DNA from: Octopus sinensis
Taxonomy: Eukaryota
Direction: 5' to 3'
Assembly: GCF_006345805.1 (NCBI RefSeq)
Contig: NC_043002.1
Span: 2,666,001-2,730,000, forward strand
Length of the DNA: 64,000 nucleotides
Under the pieces are notes generated by a model. It was not told where the DNA came from, did no database searches, and was given only the letters and a program-made list of their open reading frames with translations. Below are positions 40,022 through 53,224 of the stretch, one piece after another; the first letter of the stretch is position 1, and the number at the start of each line of letters is the position of its first letter. The translations under genes and the position numbers were made by a program.

Positions 40022-41570
40022 GCAACTGCTGCTGCTGCTGCTGCTACTGCTACTGCTGCTGCTGCTACCATCAATTTTGCTTATTTTTGTTAGTAATTAT
40101 AGTTTTTGTGATTTTCTAATTCTGAAAACTGTCTCCTTGTATGAATACTGCTTCCATTCTGGAGAAAGCTGCTGCCCCTTATAAGCGATTCACGTGTCTT
40201 GGCCAATAAAAAGGTGAATCCTTGAACTTTCTTTGGACAAAGGGACAATTCTTACAGTCTTCTGTACTGCCCTTTGAATGGGTGTATAAATGAGACGTTT
40301 AAGATGGGTGTTCGGTTTCAGCCAAGTAAATATAACTATACTCTACACCACGTATCGAGTACTTTTGCTCATCTCCATTACACATTACAAGCATGTACAG
40401 GAGTGTCTTTATATTTATGTGCTTGTGTACGTGAGTGTATGCATTCGTATCTGTCTGTACGTATGCGTATGTGCGCGTACGTGTAGCTCCATAAAATTAT
40501 TTTTATTCAATTCCACACATTCAGAAATTGGTTTCTCTTTTAACTATTTTTTAGCATATGTTCATTTCTATTGAATTCCATGCGTACTCTGTGTGCGTGT
40601 GTGCGCATGCGTGATTCTGAAGTTTAAATAAGTTTCCATGATAGCCTACCATTGTAATTGTGAATCCATAACCTTGAGGTTCCAAACATGAAACGTCAGA
40701 ACTCATTGATCTTCTTTAACTACTATCAACTGTCTTATAAACAGCAGACCTGCTAGAGAGCAAAGCTGCAGTCTCAGGTGAGATTTTAAACGAAATCGTG
40801 ACACATTCATTCTGTGCTAAGTGCTAGCATCTCTGTTGTAGACATTTCAGAAAGAGGTGATGCCTAAGTAGCTGTTAAAATAGTGAAGTTATATCATGAA
40901 AGGTGTTGACAGCTAGAAATGCATCGAAGCAGCTACAACGTTGCCGAACAGTTGTTGGTCTCGTGGCTTTGGCTTCGATACAGAGAAAATAAGGGATATT
41001 ATGAGAAATGCGCAGATAAAGGCGATGGTGGATGTGTGTTGAGAAATTGAAGGAGAGCAGCAGGTTGGGAGTTTGGGGGAGAGCAGCAGATGCTGGTTGG
41101 AAGGGATTCATTGGAGCAGACGGTAGAGGATGGAAGACTCTTAGCTTTACAGATTTCTACTTCGACTCCTTCTGAGGACTAAATTTCTTTACCGTTTCTT
41201 TCGATTCAATAAAATGTGTTCGATTCGTCTATTGACATCGAACCGATTGAAGCAAATCAATAAATGATAAATAGTTATCGATGAGTTTCTAATCTACGGG
41301 TGTTGTTCTTATTACTGCTGCTGCTACTACTACTACTTCTACTACTACTACTACTGCTGCTGCTGCTAGTCTTTCTCTGCTGTTGCTCCTGCTACTGCAA
41401 CAACAACAACTACTACTGTGCTGCTGCTGCTGCTGCTGCCGATGATGATGATGATGATGATGATGACGATGATGATGATGTTTTTTCTCTGCTGCTGCTG
41501 TTGTTGCTGCTGCTACTACAACAACAACTACTACTGTTGTTGTCATCGTCGTCGTCGTCGTCGTCGTCGT

Positions 41571-41960
41571 CAAAGCGGCCAACTGGCAAAATCGTGATGG
41601 CGTCTGGCAAATTACTTTCGCGGCCTTTCGTCTGCCATTCATTACGTTCTGTGTTCAAATGCTGCTGAGATCGACTTTGCCTTTCATCCTTTCGGAGTCG
41701 ATGAAATAAATACCAGTTGAGTACTGGGGTCGATGTAACCGACTTAACTCCTTCCCCAAGATTCCAGGCCTTCTGCCTGGAGTAGAAAGGAATATTGTTG
41801 TTGTTGCTGTCGTTCTTGTTGTTGATAGAGGAGGGGCGCTGGCAGAATCGCAGATGCGTCGGACACCACGCCTAGGGGCATTTCTTCTGACACTTCACGT
41901 TCTGAATTCAAATTACCTGGTCCCTTAAAATTACTGGCCTTGTGCCAAAATTTTGAAACG
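41571..41960 (+). mobile_element. Two diverged SINE family A copies (41571-41795, 41830-41960)
   Basis: Family A heads, B-box region and tails. Confidence 0.75.
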
Positions 41961-41963
41961 TTA

Positions 41964-42331
41964 TTATTACCCCCGCCTTAGCGAAGGCAGGGGTATTGTT
42001 CTCAGTCGTGTTTGTTTGTCTGTCCATGGACAAGATATCTCAAGAACCGCTGGATGGACTCGGATGAAACTTTCATGGATGTTTGGCCTCGTGACTGGCA
42101 CAAACTGATTAGATTTTGGAATCGATTCAGTACCGAGTAAGAATTCTGGATTATTTTTCTTGTTTTTTACTTAATTTTAGATAGCGGTCGTGTTCATTTT
42201 TAGTTTTCTCGTTTGTGAGAGCAGTTAAGTTTATTTCAGATATTCTCATTTCAAAAATCATTTCCGGCTAATCATTGAGAGGGCGTTGGTGTTGCTTTGG
42301 CGGAGGTTTGCGCTCTCTGAGTGCTCCTGTT
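41964..42331 (+). mobile_element. Helentron-associated non-autonomous element (HINE / DINE-1-like)
   Basis: 5' TTATTACCCCCGCC with a nearby inverted GGCAGGGGTA, GTCTGTC repeat, 3' subterminal GGCGGAGGT, 3' hairpin GCGCTC-TCT-GAGTGC, ends in TT. Confidence 0.7.
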
Positions 42332-42604
42332 AAGTCTAATTTTTACTATGTACCTTCTGTGCACCACAAAACACAATTCTGTGCCCCTTACATATGTGCA
42401 ATGTTTCGTTTTGGTGTTTATAATTGCTGCTTTACATTACACGGGTGGTGCGAAAATCGATATACAATAAGTATCACATCAATGTTATAATACTTAATTC
42501 ATTAAAATTATTATTAGCACATTAAATTAGCCTCATTTTTGATATTTTCAGTCTCATTAATCATAATAATGCATTTATTATCATAACTATGATACAATCC
42601 TTTC

Positions 42605-42800
42605 TATTACAAGCACAAGGGTTGAAATCTGGGGGAGGGGAATAGTCGATTACATCAACCCCAGTACTTAACTGGTACTTAATTTATCGACCCCGAAGAG
42701 ATGAAAGGCAAAGTCGACCTCGGCGGAATTTGAACTCAGAACGTAACGGCAGACGAAATACCGCAAAACATTTCACCCGGCGTGCTAACGTTTCTCCCCG
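42605..42800 (-). mobile_element. SINE family A
   Basis: Reverse complement of the family A body. Confidence 0.88.
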
Positions 42801-43540
42801 TCTTTATAACCATGGTATAATAACAGCATAGATATAGTCAGTTTTTATTATAGTAACGTTTAATTTTTTATAAAAATAAATGAGTATTGCACGTGTTTTC
42901 TTTTTCTTTTTCATAACTGTATCCCTACTTTTGCAGCCCCTGTATGTGTTCGCCGTGCCCCGTGCTGCTATTATCTGTGTGCTGGGCCCATCTGTAGGTC
43001 CTGAAGCTTTGCATATTTATCTATGCTTTTAATCATTGTCTTGCTACTTGTTATTAGTACCGTTTCCAATTCTTATACCCACATTCTGGTTATCTCGACT
43101 TCTAAATCTCTTTATTTGGATAATGTCTCTATTTTGTTTTTATAAGAGATGCCACAGTCTCTGTCGCGACAGATATTTCCAATAGAAAGCATTTTAATTT
43201 TTGACGCTGTTTAACAAATAAATCCGCTGGGATTAACCTTAAGACTTCTTTATTGTATAAAATTACAGATTTGTGATTGCCCTGTGGCCTAAGCTTTTCC
43301 TGATTTTCATATCTCTTAATAATGACATAAGTTCCAGTGCCCCCCTCTCTCTCTCTCTCCCTCTTTCTCTCTTTCTCATCTAAGCCTAGGCAGTCACAGT
43401 CAATCTAGCTTATTAGTTCTTCCTCGTTTCTACATAATTTGCAATTATTTATTCGCCTTAATTCAAAGCTTTTGGGTAATTTCTGGAGTGAAAGTTTTCA
43501 TTCTGTTATCAAGAATCTTTCAATCTCAGTTTCAATTCCT

Positions 43541-46500
43541 GCATTTTCTTCCCACCCTGTTCTGCCACTTTCCTCCATTTCTACCCCGTTTACTTGCATT
43601 TTCCTCCCACCCTGTTCTGCCACTTTCCTCCATTTCTACCCCGTTTACTTGCATTTTCCTCCCACCCTGTTCTGCCACTTTCCTCCATTTCTACCCCGTT
43701 TACTTGCATTTTCTTCCCACCCTGTTCTGCCACTTTCCTCCATTTCTACCCCGTTTACTTGCATTTTCCTCCCACCCTGTTCTGCCACTTTCCTCCATTT
43801 CTACCCCGTTTACTTGCATTTTTCCTCCCACCCTGTTCTGCCACTTTCCTCCATTTCTACCCCGTTTACTTGCATTTTCTTCCCACCCTGTTCTGCCTGC
43901 ACTTTCCATTTCTTTTCTACCCCCGTTTACTTGCATTTTCCTCCCACCCTGTTCTGCCCACTTTCCTCCATTTCTACCACCCTTCTACCCCCGTTTACTT
44001 GCATTTCTCCCACCCTGTTCTGGCTGCCACTTTCCTCCATTTCTACCCCGTTTACTTGCATTTTCCTCCCACCCTGTTCTGCCACTTTCCTCCATTTCTA
44101 CCCCGTTTACTTGCATTTTCCTCCCACCCTGTTCTGCCACTTTCCTCCATTTCTACCCCGTTTACTTGCATTTTCCTCCCACCCTGTTCTGCCACTTTCC
44201 TCCATTTCTACCCCGTTTACTTGCATTTTCTCTCCCCACCCTGTTCTGCTGCCACTTTCCTCCATTTCTACCCCCATTCTACCTTTCTACCCCCGTTTGT
44301 ACTTGCATTTTCCTCCCACCCTGTTCTGCCACTTTCCCCATTTTCTACATTCATTCTACCCCGTTTACTTGCATTTTCCTCCTCCCACCCTGTTCTGCCA
44401 CTTTCCTCCTCCATTTCTACCACCCCGTTTACTTGCATTTTCCTCCCACCCTGTTCTGCCACTTTCCCCATTTCTACCCCCCCCGTTTACTTGCATTTTC
44501 CTCCCACCCTGTTCTGCCACTTTCCTCCATTCTAACCCTACCACCTACCACCCCGTTTACTTGCTTGCATTTTCCTCCCACCCTGTTCTGCCACTTTCCT
44601 CCATTTCTACCCCGTTCCTTGCATTTTCCTCCCCCCTGTTCTGCCACTTTCCTCCATTTCTACCTTCTACCCCTTTACTTGCATTTTTTTTTCCTCCCAC
44701 CCTGTTCTGCCACTTTCCTCCATTTCTACCCCTTTTACTTGCATTTTCCTCCCACCCTGTTCTGCCACTTTCCTCCATTTCTACCCCCGTTTACTTGCAT
44801 TTTCTTCCCACCCTGTTCTGCCACTTTCCTCCATTTCTACCCACCCCCCCGTTTACTTGCATTTTCCTCCCACCCTGTTCTGCCACTTTCCTCCATTTCT
44901 ACCCCGTTTACTTGCATTTTCCTCCACCCTGTTCTGCCACTTTCCTCCTTTCTATTTCTACCCCGTTTACTTGCATTTTCCTCCTCCCCCCTGTTCTGCC
45001 ACTTTCCTCCATTTCTACCCCGTTTACTTGCATTTTCCTCCCACCCTGTTCTCTGCCACTTTCCTCCATTTCTACCCCCGTTTACTTGCATTTTCCCTCC
45101 CACCCTGTTCTGCCACTTTCCTCCATTTCTACCCCCCCCCGTTTACTTGCATTTTCCTCCCACCCTGTTCTGCCACTTTCCTCCATTTCTACCTTCCCCC
45201 CCGTTTACTTGCATTTTCCTCCACCCTGTTCTGCTGCCACTTTCCTCCATTTCTAACCTTCTTACCCCCGTTTACTTGCATTTTCCTCCCACCCTGTTCT
45301 GCCACTTTCCTCCATTTCTACCCCGTTTACTTGCATTTTCCTCCCACCCTGTTCTGCCACTTTCCTCCATTTCTACCCCGTTTACTTGCATTTTCCTCCC
45401 ACCCTGTTCTGCCACTTTCCTCCATTTCTACCCCGTTTACTTGCATTTTCCTCCCACCCTGTTCTGCCACTTTCCTCCTCCATTTCTACACCCCGTTTAC
45501 TTGCATTTTCCTCCCACCCTGTTCTGCCACTTTCCTCCATTTCTACCCCGTTTACTTGCATTTTTCCTCCACCCTGTTCTGCCACTTTCCTCCATTTCTA
45601 CCCCGTTTACTTGCATTTTCCTCCTCCCACCCTGTTCTGCCCACTTTCCTCCATTTCTACCCACCCCGTTTACTTGCATTTTCCTCCCACACTGTTCTGC
45701 CACTTTCCTCCATTTCTACCACCGCTTTACTTTCATTTTCCTCCCACCCTGTTCTTCTGCTCCACTTTCCTTCCTCCATTTCTACCCCTTTACTTGCATT
45801 TTCCTCCCACCCTGTTCTGCCACTTTCCTCCATTTCTCCATTCACCCCGTTTACTACTAACTTGCATTTTCCTCCCACCCTGTTCTGGCCACTTTCCTCC
45901 ATTTCTACCCCTACCCCTGTTTACTTGCATTTTCCTCCCCCCTTTTCTTCTGCTGCCTGCTGCATTTCCTCCATTTCTACCCATTTCTACCCCCTACCCA
46001 CCCACACCTCTACCCCCCGTTTACTTTCATTTTCCTCCCACCCTGTTCTGCACTTTCCCCATTTCTACCCTTCTCCCCCTTTTACTTGCATTTTCCTCCC
46101 CCCTGTTCTGCCACTTTCCTCCATTTCTACCCCCGTTTACTTGCATTTTCCTCCCACCCTGTTCTGCCACTTTCCTCCATTTCTTTTCTACCCCGTTTAC
46201 TTGCATTTTCCTCCTTCCTCCCACCCTGTTCTGCCACTTTCCTCCTTATTCTACCATTTCTCTACCCCGTTTACTTGCATTTTCCTCCCACCCTGTTCTG
46301 CCACTTTCCTCCATTTCTACCCCGTTTACTTGCATTTTCCTCCCACCCTGTTCTGCTGCTGCCACTTTCTTCTCCATTTCTACCACCCCGTTTACTTGCA
46401 TTTTCCTCCCACCCCCGTTTCTGCCACTTTCCTCTCCTATTCTCCACCAACCCTACCCCGTTTACTTGCATTTTCCTCCCCACCCTGTTCTGCCACTTTC

Positions 46501-46841
46501 CTTCCTTTTCTAAACCCCCCCCCCGTTTCTGCATTTTCCTTTCCCCACCCTGTTCTGCCACTTTCCTCCATTTCTACCCGTTTACTTGCATTTTCCTCCC
46601 ACCCTGTTCTGTTCTGCCCACTTTCCTCCATTTCTACCACCCACCCACCCCCCTTTTACTTGCATTTTCCTCCCACCCTGTTCTGCCACTTTCCTCCATT
46701 TCTACCCCGTTTACTTGCATTTTCCTCCTCCCACCTGTTCTGACTGCTGGCCACTTTCCTCCATTTCTACCAACCCCGTTTAACTTGCATTTTCCTCCCA
46801 CCCTGTTCTGCCACTTTCCTCCATTTCTACCCCGTTTACTT
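43541..46841. repeat. 55-bp satellite, about 60 copies (TTCCTCCCACCCTGTTCTGCCACTTTCCTCCATTTCTACCCCGTTTACTTGCATT)
   Basis: Period 55 measured at 43601/43656; interior copies carry many small indels. Confidence 0.97.
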
Positions 46842-47149
46842 TCACTATTTTCCAGAGAGATTTTTTTTTTCATACTTTTAGCTTCACATTCTTCATTCAC
46901 CTTTTCACAATTTCGTTATTTTGTCAGTTTTTCTCCATCACACATAATTCCGATACCAGTCTCTGTATCTGTTGGTTTTCAAAAGAAAACACAGAAAACA
47001 GTTTTTTTTCTTCTTTTTTTTAATGTTTGGTGCGGGCTTTGTAGTTATTCCCATTAGTTTTGCCTTTATGCTTAACCAGCCATTTATCTCGTTCTACAGC
47101 GGATGCGTTATAATAGTTTTCTCATTGCATAAAACTTCTTATATTCACC

Positions 47150-48330
47150 ATAAATATTATCTTCCTGCCATTTATATTGTTTATTTTTAATACAGTCATT
47201 TTTTACTTTCTATTTTTTCTAATTCATTTAGTATCTAGTTTAGAATATTATTACAGCTAAATTATTGATACCTATTATCTTCTCTTTGTTTTTCATCTAC
47301 CTCTGGTTTAAGAAGTAATCTAATACATCTGAAATCTTCTTTCTTCATTTTTGTATGTTATACTCAGTCAGGTTGTTTTTTATATCCTTTTTATGCCTTA
47401 AGTGTTTGGTCTATTTCTCTAACTTCAGTTTCTTTATTTAACAAGACAGTGATTTTAATGAATTTCCCTCTCTTCATGATTACTTTGGTACAATTTCCTA
47501 ATCTGAATTTTGTATCAATTGCAATCTGTGTAATCTGTCTGTAGCGGTTCTTTTAGTTATTTATCAACAGCAGCATAGAACTTTATGTCGTCCATATACA
47601 ACACATGATGGTTGATCCTTCTACAGTTTTATATTCGCCTTCACTCACATTAAACATGTCAGTTAAACGAGGTAAAGTGGGAGAACTGCCTTGGAATATT
47701 CTTCTTTCTTGACTACATCTGCAAAAGTGTCTACCATTTTCTCATGACGTGTTAAATATATCAACTTATTATTGTCGCTACTTCATTTACTGCTCATATA
47801 CCCAATATTAATATGTGGAGAAGACTATCAAAAGACATCTGGTGGCCGATGCACACCAGACCCGAACTAGTCTTCTTCTACTCTCTTCGTTTATGTCTTT
47901 AATAATCAACAATTGTTCTCACATAAGCTTTTGGAAACAAACTGGATATTTTTCTGAGTCTTTATTTCTCTGCTGCGATATTTTTGCATTTAAGGCCTCG
48001 TAAGGTGTATCACGTATGTTATAACCTAAAGTATTTAGGATTTCTCGATCCATAAGTTGCGGATAGGAAGATGGGTTTATCCTCACTAAACCATTCAGGT
48101 CTTTTCTCCAAATCCATAGTTTTCATATAAAACATCTTACACCTCACGTCTCCTCCTTAAATATACAAAACAGAATTTTGAGATCTTTTCAAGTTGCAGA
48201 GTCCTCGAATTGTTTCTTTTGTAATATCTAGATTACTTCTTGCGATTGTTTTGCTTTCAGTGATCGCTCATGAGCGCCACTCGTTACTTTGATCACTTTC
48301 ATGGTGATTACTCTCCTACGTATCTACGCT
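47150..48330 (-). mobile_element. Decayed R4/Dong-like RT core
   Basis: Minus strand VLYMDDIKFYA (about 47580-47610), upstream PEWFS..RNPK and FDSL-like segments, with stops and frameshifts. Confidence 0.6.
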
Positions 48331-48371
48331 TGTCCCTTCTACTACTACTACTACTACTATTAATTTTATTA

Positions 48372-48916
48372 TTGAGTGAGAGAGCAGTGCATACCATCAA
48401 AGTGACACTGGGGTAAAATATACGAAGCCCAGTTTACCCATCATGATTACCAGTCTGATAAGGGTACATCAGCCCCATGCATCACAACCATGTGTGCGCG
48501 ACATTGTGATCTCATATCAAGATAAACAGCACATCACCTTGCAGGTGGGGCCTAGTTAGAATTTTCTTCTGGTCGAGTAACCCATCCCGCTCAAAAGGTC
48601 CCTGAATAAGGATTGTTTAAGTATGTTGAACGAAACACCCATGTTTCCAAAGGTGAATTATCTAAACCTCCAACACACGGCTATGATGCTCCCCCACTAC
48701 TTCTGCTCGTGATCAGAGATGCACATATTGTCAGCCACTAAGGGACATGGTCAACTGGTTAAGGTCAAACAACTGACAAGCAAATCTGTGGTATTAAGCA
48801 GAATATTTGATGTAGCCCATCTTTTATACCAAGACAAAACAATGTACATGATAACACTTCCAATCTGTTAAGATCAGAAGCCATGAGAGCCACTGCTTGG
48901 TACAACATCAGGGCAT
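48372..48916 (-). mobile_element. Family B retroposon, full length
   Basis: Collinear with 11621-12177; same ends. Confidence 0.88.
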
Positions 48917-48959
48917 TGTCGTCGTCGTCGTCGTTGTTGTTGTTGTTGTTGTTGTTAGT

Positions 48960-49300
48960 ATTATTTTCTCTTTGTCAAAGGCTTTTGTTGGAACTCCTGG
49001 CATCTTGCATGCGTAGCGGGCTTACTGCCTGCAGCCTACGGTAACATGCTATCCATTCTTTTCAGCTCTCTAATACTTTCCTGACTATTCTGGCCATGCC
49101 AAGCAGGCAAACCTTTTGTAACAGTTCCACTGGTCACTCTCTCTCCTAATTTCCTTTATATTCTCCTTTATGAATTCTGATACTTTTCCCAAGGAACCAA
49201 CAATGATTGGCAGTCTTCGCCTTCTTCATTTTCTATTGTCGGGTTATTTCGTACTTAAGACGGTTGTATTTATCTACCTTTTCGCCTTCCTTCATGACTA
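48960..49300 (-). mobile_element. R4/Dong-like LINE C-terminus and 3' UTR
   Basis: PIIVGSLGKVS..VELLQKVCLLGMARIVRKVLES*; between (GTT)n and (TAT)n. Confidence 0.7.
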
Positions 49301-49315
49301 TTTGTTGGTATTATC

Positions 49316-49380
<65 letters not shown>

Positions 49381-49419
49381 TACTACTATTACTACTACTA
49401 CTACTACTATTGTTGTTTT

Positions 49420-49695
49420 TATTCATGACGTGCACGAATGTTTTACATTCGAAATCAGTGTCCCAGAAACCGGGTCACAACCAGTTTCCTTTGATATCAA
49501 GGAACTCTCTTACAATCCTTACTGTTCCCAATAGAGCGTGTTTCTGAATCAATTCAACTCCTGTAATTACACCAATCTCAACAATGGAAATGTTAAGTCT
49601 GTTGTTGACGGTACCCAGGGCCCCTACATATAACAACTGGGATTAAAATAGCGCCTGGATTTACCTTGGATTTTAACTAAGGACCTGTACCTTCA
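49420..49695 (-). mobile_element. R4/Dong-like LINE C-terminus and 3' UTR
   Basis: IPVVI..ALGTVNN..VELIQKHALLGTVRIVREFLD; 3' end abuts (AAT/AGT)n. Confidence 0.7.
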
Positions 49696-49875
49696 TGGAA
49701 GCACCGACCAACATCCATATTTTCTGCAATAAAATGAGTTGTGAACATTATTCTGCCGCCTGTATTCTGCTAACTACTTTTACTTTTTATTCTTCTATTT
49801 TATTCCTTATAGATTGTGAATCTATTTTATTCGTTGTAAACTGTAAATTTTCCCCGTCTAAAATATTCATACCTT

Positions 49876-49955
49876 GTCTCTGATGATGGAATAAATACCC
49901 AGTGCGTGGACATGCTAACCTACCACTTGGGTTATCGCAGAAACAGCTGTAAGAC
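49876..49955 (+). ncRNA. Type I hammerhead ribozyme with intact core (Penelope-associated architecture)
   Basis: Stem I GTCT(49876-79)/AGAC(49952-55); CTGATGA 49880-86; long stem II closed by TG/CA with inner CCCAGTG/CACTTGGG; GAAA 49940-43; stem III CAGCTG; GUA cleavage triplet, cut after 49951. Confidence 0.88.
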
Positions 49956-50059
49956 TTCAAAGTCACCTGACCCTAATTAAGTTATTCTAAATGACTTGAG
50001 ATACTCATTCTGCCTTGGTTTTGATTTCTCCTCTAATATAATCCATATATTAGACAAGA

Positions 50060-50575
50060 TCCAAAGTATGCGATATTCGTAAGCGTCTTTAACCTTGTTA
50101 AGTAACCGCTTCATGTGGATCCAAGACTTTTTCCTGTGTCTCTGCAGACATGAAATGGCCTTTCATCAATACAAACCACTTGTATCGATTGTCCTTGTAC
50201 CATAGTTCTGATAATCCACTCTGATAGCTGAAGTTCTTTAGCAATATGGATCTCATTGATTTTCTGGGATTATCATCAATATTGTCTTGAACCTGTTGGT
50301 TATAGTTTCTTAACATTCAGAATATTTTTTTTCTCCTTGATACACTTGAAGCGCTCCAGCCTGAGACGTCCAATTCCATCTAAACTTGTACAAAAAATCT
50401 TGCAACCTGTAGAAAGTTGGCAATTACTAAATTGCCGTGTTGCGCACAAATGATTGCAAGTCTTTTCTTGTTTCATATTTTATCTGTTATGAGGGATCTT
50501 AGAGAAAGAAAAACTTTTTAATTAGTTTGAAGAAAGGTTGTGACTAAGCTGGAGCACCACCAGTGTAATCAACTT
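50060..50575 (-). mobile_element. Decayed Tc1/mariner-superfamily transposase N-terminal region
   Basis: VQDNIDDNPRKSMRSI..KDNRYKWFVLMKGHFMSAETQE, typical of Tc1/mariner DNA-binding regions; next to (TA)n. Confidence 0.6.
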
Positions 50576-50683
50576 TTCCATATATATGTATGTACGTATA
50601 TGTATATATATATATGTGTGTGTTGTGTGTGTGTGTGTGTATGTGTGTGTGTGTGTGTGTATGCATATATATATATATGTATA

Positions 50684-50770
<87 letters not shown>

Positions 50771-51843
50771 TATATATACATATATAAAACTGTAGTTGAC
50801 AGATAGCCATTTAGCTGAAGCTGATAGACCAGATGACAGATGTAAACAACGCAAAACCCTTATACATTCTCCCACTGACATCCGACCATAGATTATCGAT
50901 AAAAACATGGCATATCTGACCACTGCATCCATTACAATTTCGGATTGTATCGGTCCACCATAGTTTACATATTTGCCCATTACATATTACGTATGATGTC
51001 CCCAATTTAGTCACTTGTTGGCCACTGTGTGGCATAATCAGTGCAGTTCTCGGAGAGGAATGCTACTCTATGGAGTCGCTTCCTCATGGATTTACTTCGT
51101 TTCTCTCCAAGAAAAACTCTTTGGTTGCACTTTACACGCTCGCTTCTCTTTCTCAAACTTCCACGCCTCTGTGTGTGATAGTCGTGCCTCTACCTACAGG
51201 CATTCGTCTTCCTGTGATATCGTTGTTGTTTTTGCCTCGTTTTTTGTTTTTTTGCTGTTGTCTTTTTTTTTCACACAAAGCTGATATCTCAGTAAGTAAA
51301 CTTTATTGAAATACATTTACAGGAACCGGAAATAAGAAACCCCCGGGCGATACTGAAAAGATTGCGGGTGTTTTGTTCGGAAAGAAGAATGACGAAATAT
51401 TCGTTGAAAGATGCCGACTTTATATGCTTCTCCGTTATTATGCAACGTTGCTTAGAGAAATATTGAATTAATATAGCTCTAAGGTAATTTTCAATATTAT
51501 ACATATTTTGGCAAAGAAACATGAAAAGGAAATTCAGTCGGTTCGATTGCTTAGAAACGGTAAAGCATGGCTCGCTCCAAATAACATGTCACGTGAGTAA
51601 TAGCCTGCAGCAATGGAGAATAAATTTAAAATAGAAAAATATATTTAGTTTTGCTGTATCGAAGTTTCAATTCAAACTTCACCACTAAGAAACACGCAGT
51701 CTTTAGCTGAATGCTTAGAACTTCACTTTACATCAGCGCACATTCACACTAACTGAGCATATTTTGCTTCTTTAAAAACAATGTCATAGATATCTTCTCA
51801 AGTACAGCTTGGGTATTATATATCATTATTATTATTATTATTA

Positions 51844-51896
<53 letters not shown>

Positions 51897-52207
51897 GGAG
51901 GAGCAATGGCCCAGTGGTTAGGACAGCGGACTCGCAGTTGTAGGATCGTGGTTTCGATTCCCAGACCTGGCGTTGTGGGTGTTTATTGAGCGAAAGCACC
52001 CAAAGCTCCACGAGGCTCCGGCAGGGGGTGGTGGCGATCCCTGCTGTACTCTTTCGCCACAACTTTCTCTCACTTTTTCTTCTGTTGGCCTGCTCGCTTA
52101 GCCTGCGGGGTGGCGTCATTTGAAGGCTAAAACAATGCGAAGCGCATTGTGACCAGCGATGTGTAGCAACATCTGATAGCCTGGTCGGTCACGGTGATCA
52201 CGGTGAT
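51897..52207 (+). mobile_element. tRNA-headed SINE (CORE-like, distinct tail)
   Basis: A box TGGCCCAGTGG, B box GGTTTCGATTCCC; tail CGGTCACGGTGATCACGGTG; in (ATT)n. Confidence 0.8.
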
Positions 52208-52228
52208 TATTATTATTGTTGTTGTTGC

Positions 52229-52760
52229 AAGGCGGCGAGCTGGCAGAATCGTTAGCACGCAGGACGAAATACTTAGCGGTATTTCGCTCATCGCTACGTT
52301 CTAAGTTCAAATTCTGCTGCCGTCGACTTTGCCTTTCATCCTTTCGGGGTCGATAAATTAACTACCAGTTATGCACTGGAGTCGATGTAATCAATTAGCC
52401 CCCTTCCTCACAATTTCGGGCCTTGTGCTTATAATAGAAAACATTATTATTATTATTAATATTATTATTATTATTAATATTATTATTATTATTAATATTA
52501 TTATTATTATTAATATTATTATTAATATTATTATTGCTGTTGTTGTTAAGGCGGCGAGTTGGCAGAATCGTTAGCAAGCCGAGTATAATGCTTAGCGGTA
52601 TTTCGTCTGCCAAAACGTTCTGAGTTCAAATTCCACCGAGGTCGACTTTGATTTTCATCCCTTCAGGGTTGATAAATTAAGTACCAGTTACGCACTGGGG
52701 TCGATGTAATCGACTCATTACTTCCCCAAAAATTACTGCCCTTGTGGCAAAATTTGAAAC

Positions 52761-52794
<34 letters not shown>

Positions 52795-53190
52795 GTTGTT
52801 GTTGCTGTTGAGTTGGCAGAAACGTTAGCACGCCGGGCGAAATGCGTAGCCGTATTTCGTCTGCCGCTACGTTCTAAGTTCAAATTCCGCTGAGGTCGAC
52901 TTTGCCTCTCATCCTTTCGGGGTTGATAAATTAAGTACCAGTTACGTACTGGGGTCGATGTAATCGACTTAATCCATTTGTCTGTCCTTGTTTGTCCCCT
53001 CTGTATTTAGTCCCTTGTGGGTAGTAAAGAAATATGTATTTCCTCTGCCGCTACGTTCTGAGTTCAAATTCTGCCGACACCGTCTTTACCTTTCACCCTT
53101 TCGGAGTCGATAAATTTAGTACCGGGGTCGATGTAATCGATTATCCCTCTCCCCTCAAATTTCAGGCCTTGTTCTAAGGCAGAAATGATT
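52229..53190 (+). mobile_element. Four tandem SINE family A copies (52229-52445, 52547-52760, 52808-53033, 53035-53190)
   Basis: Repeated heads and bodies separated by (ATT)n/(GTT)n; the last two are directly fused. Confidence 0.9.
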
Positions 53191-53224
53191 GTTGTTGTTG
53201 CTATTGTTATCATTATTGTTATTT

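Noticed and set aside
40670-40700. GAAACGTCAGA as a further hammerhead relic
   Set aside because: The upstream core is unrecognisable (CTTGAGG) and there is no stem II; too weak to list.
43439-47057. Very long ORFs (605, 790, 628, 375, 323 aa)
   Set aside because: Translations of the 55-bp C/T-rich satellite, which lacks stop codons; they overlap in all three frames and indels shuffle the frames.
50714-51309. Short ORFs and a GTAAGT donor near 51292 as a first exon
   Set aside because: No recognisable protein or promoter evidence; cannot be supported from sequence alone.
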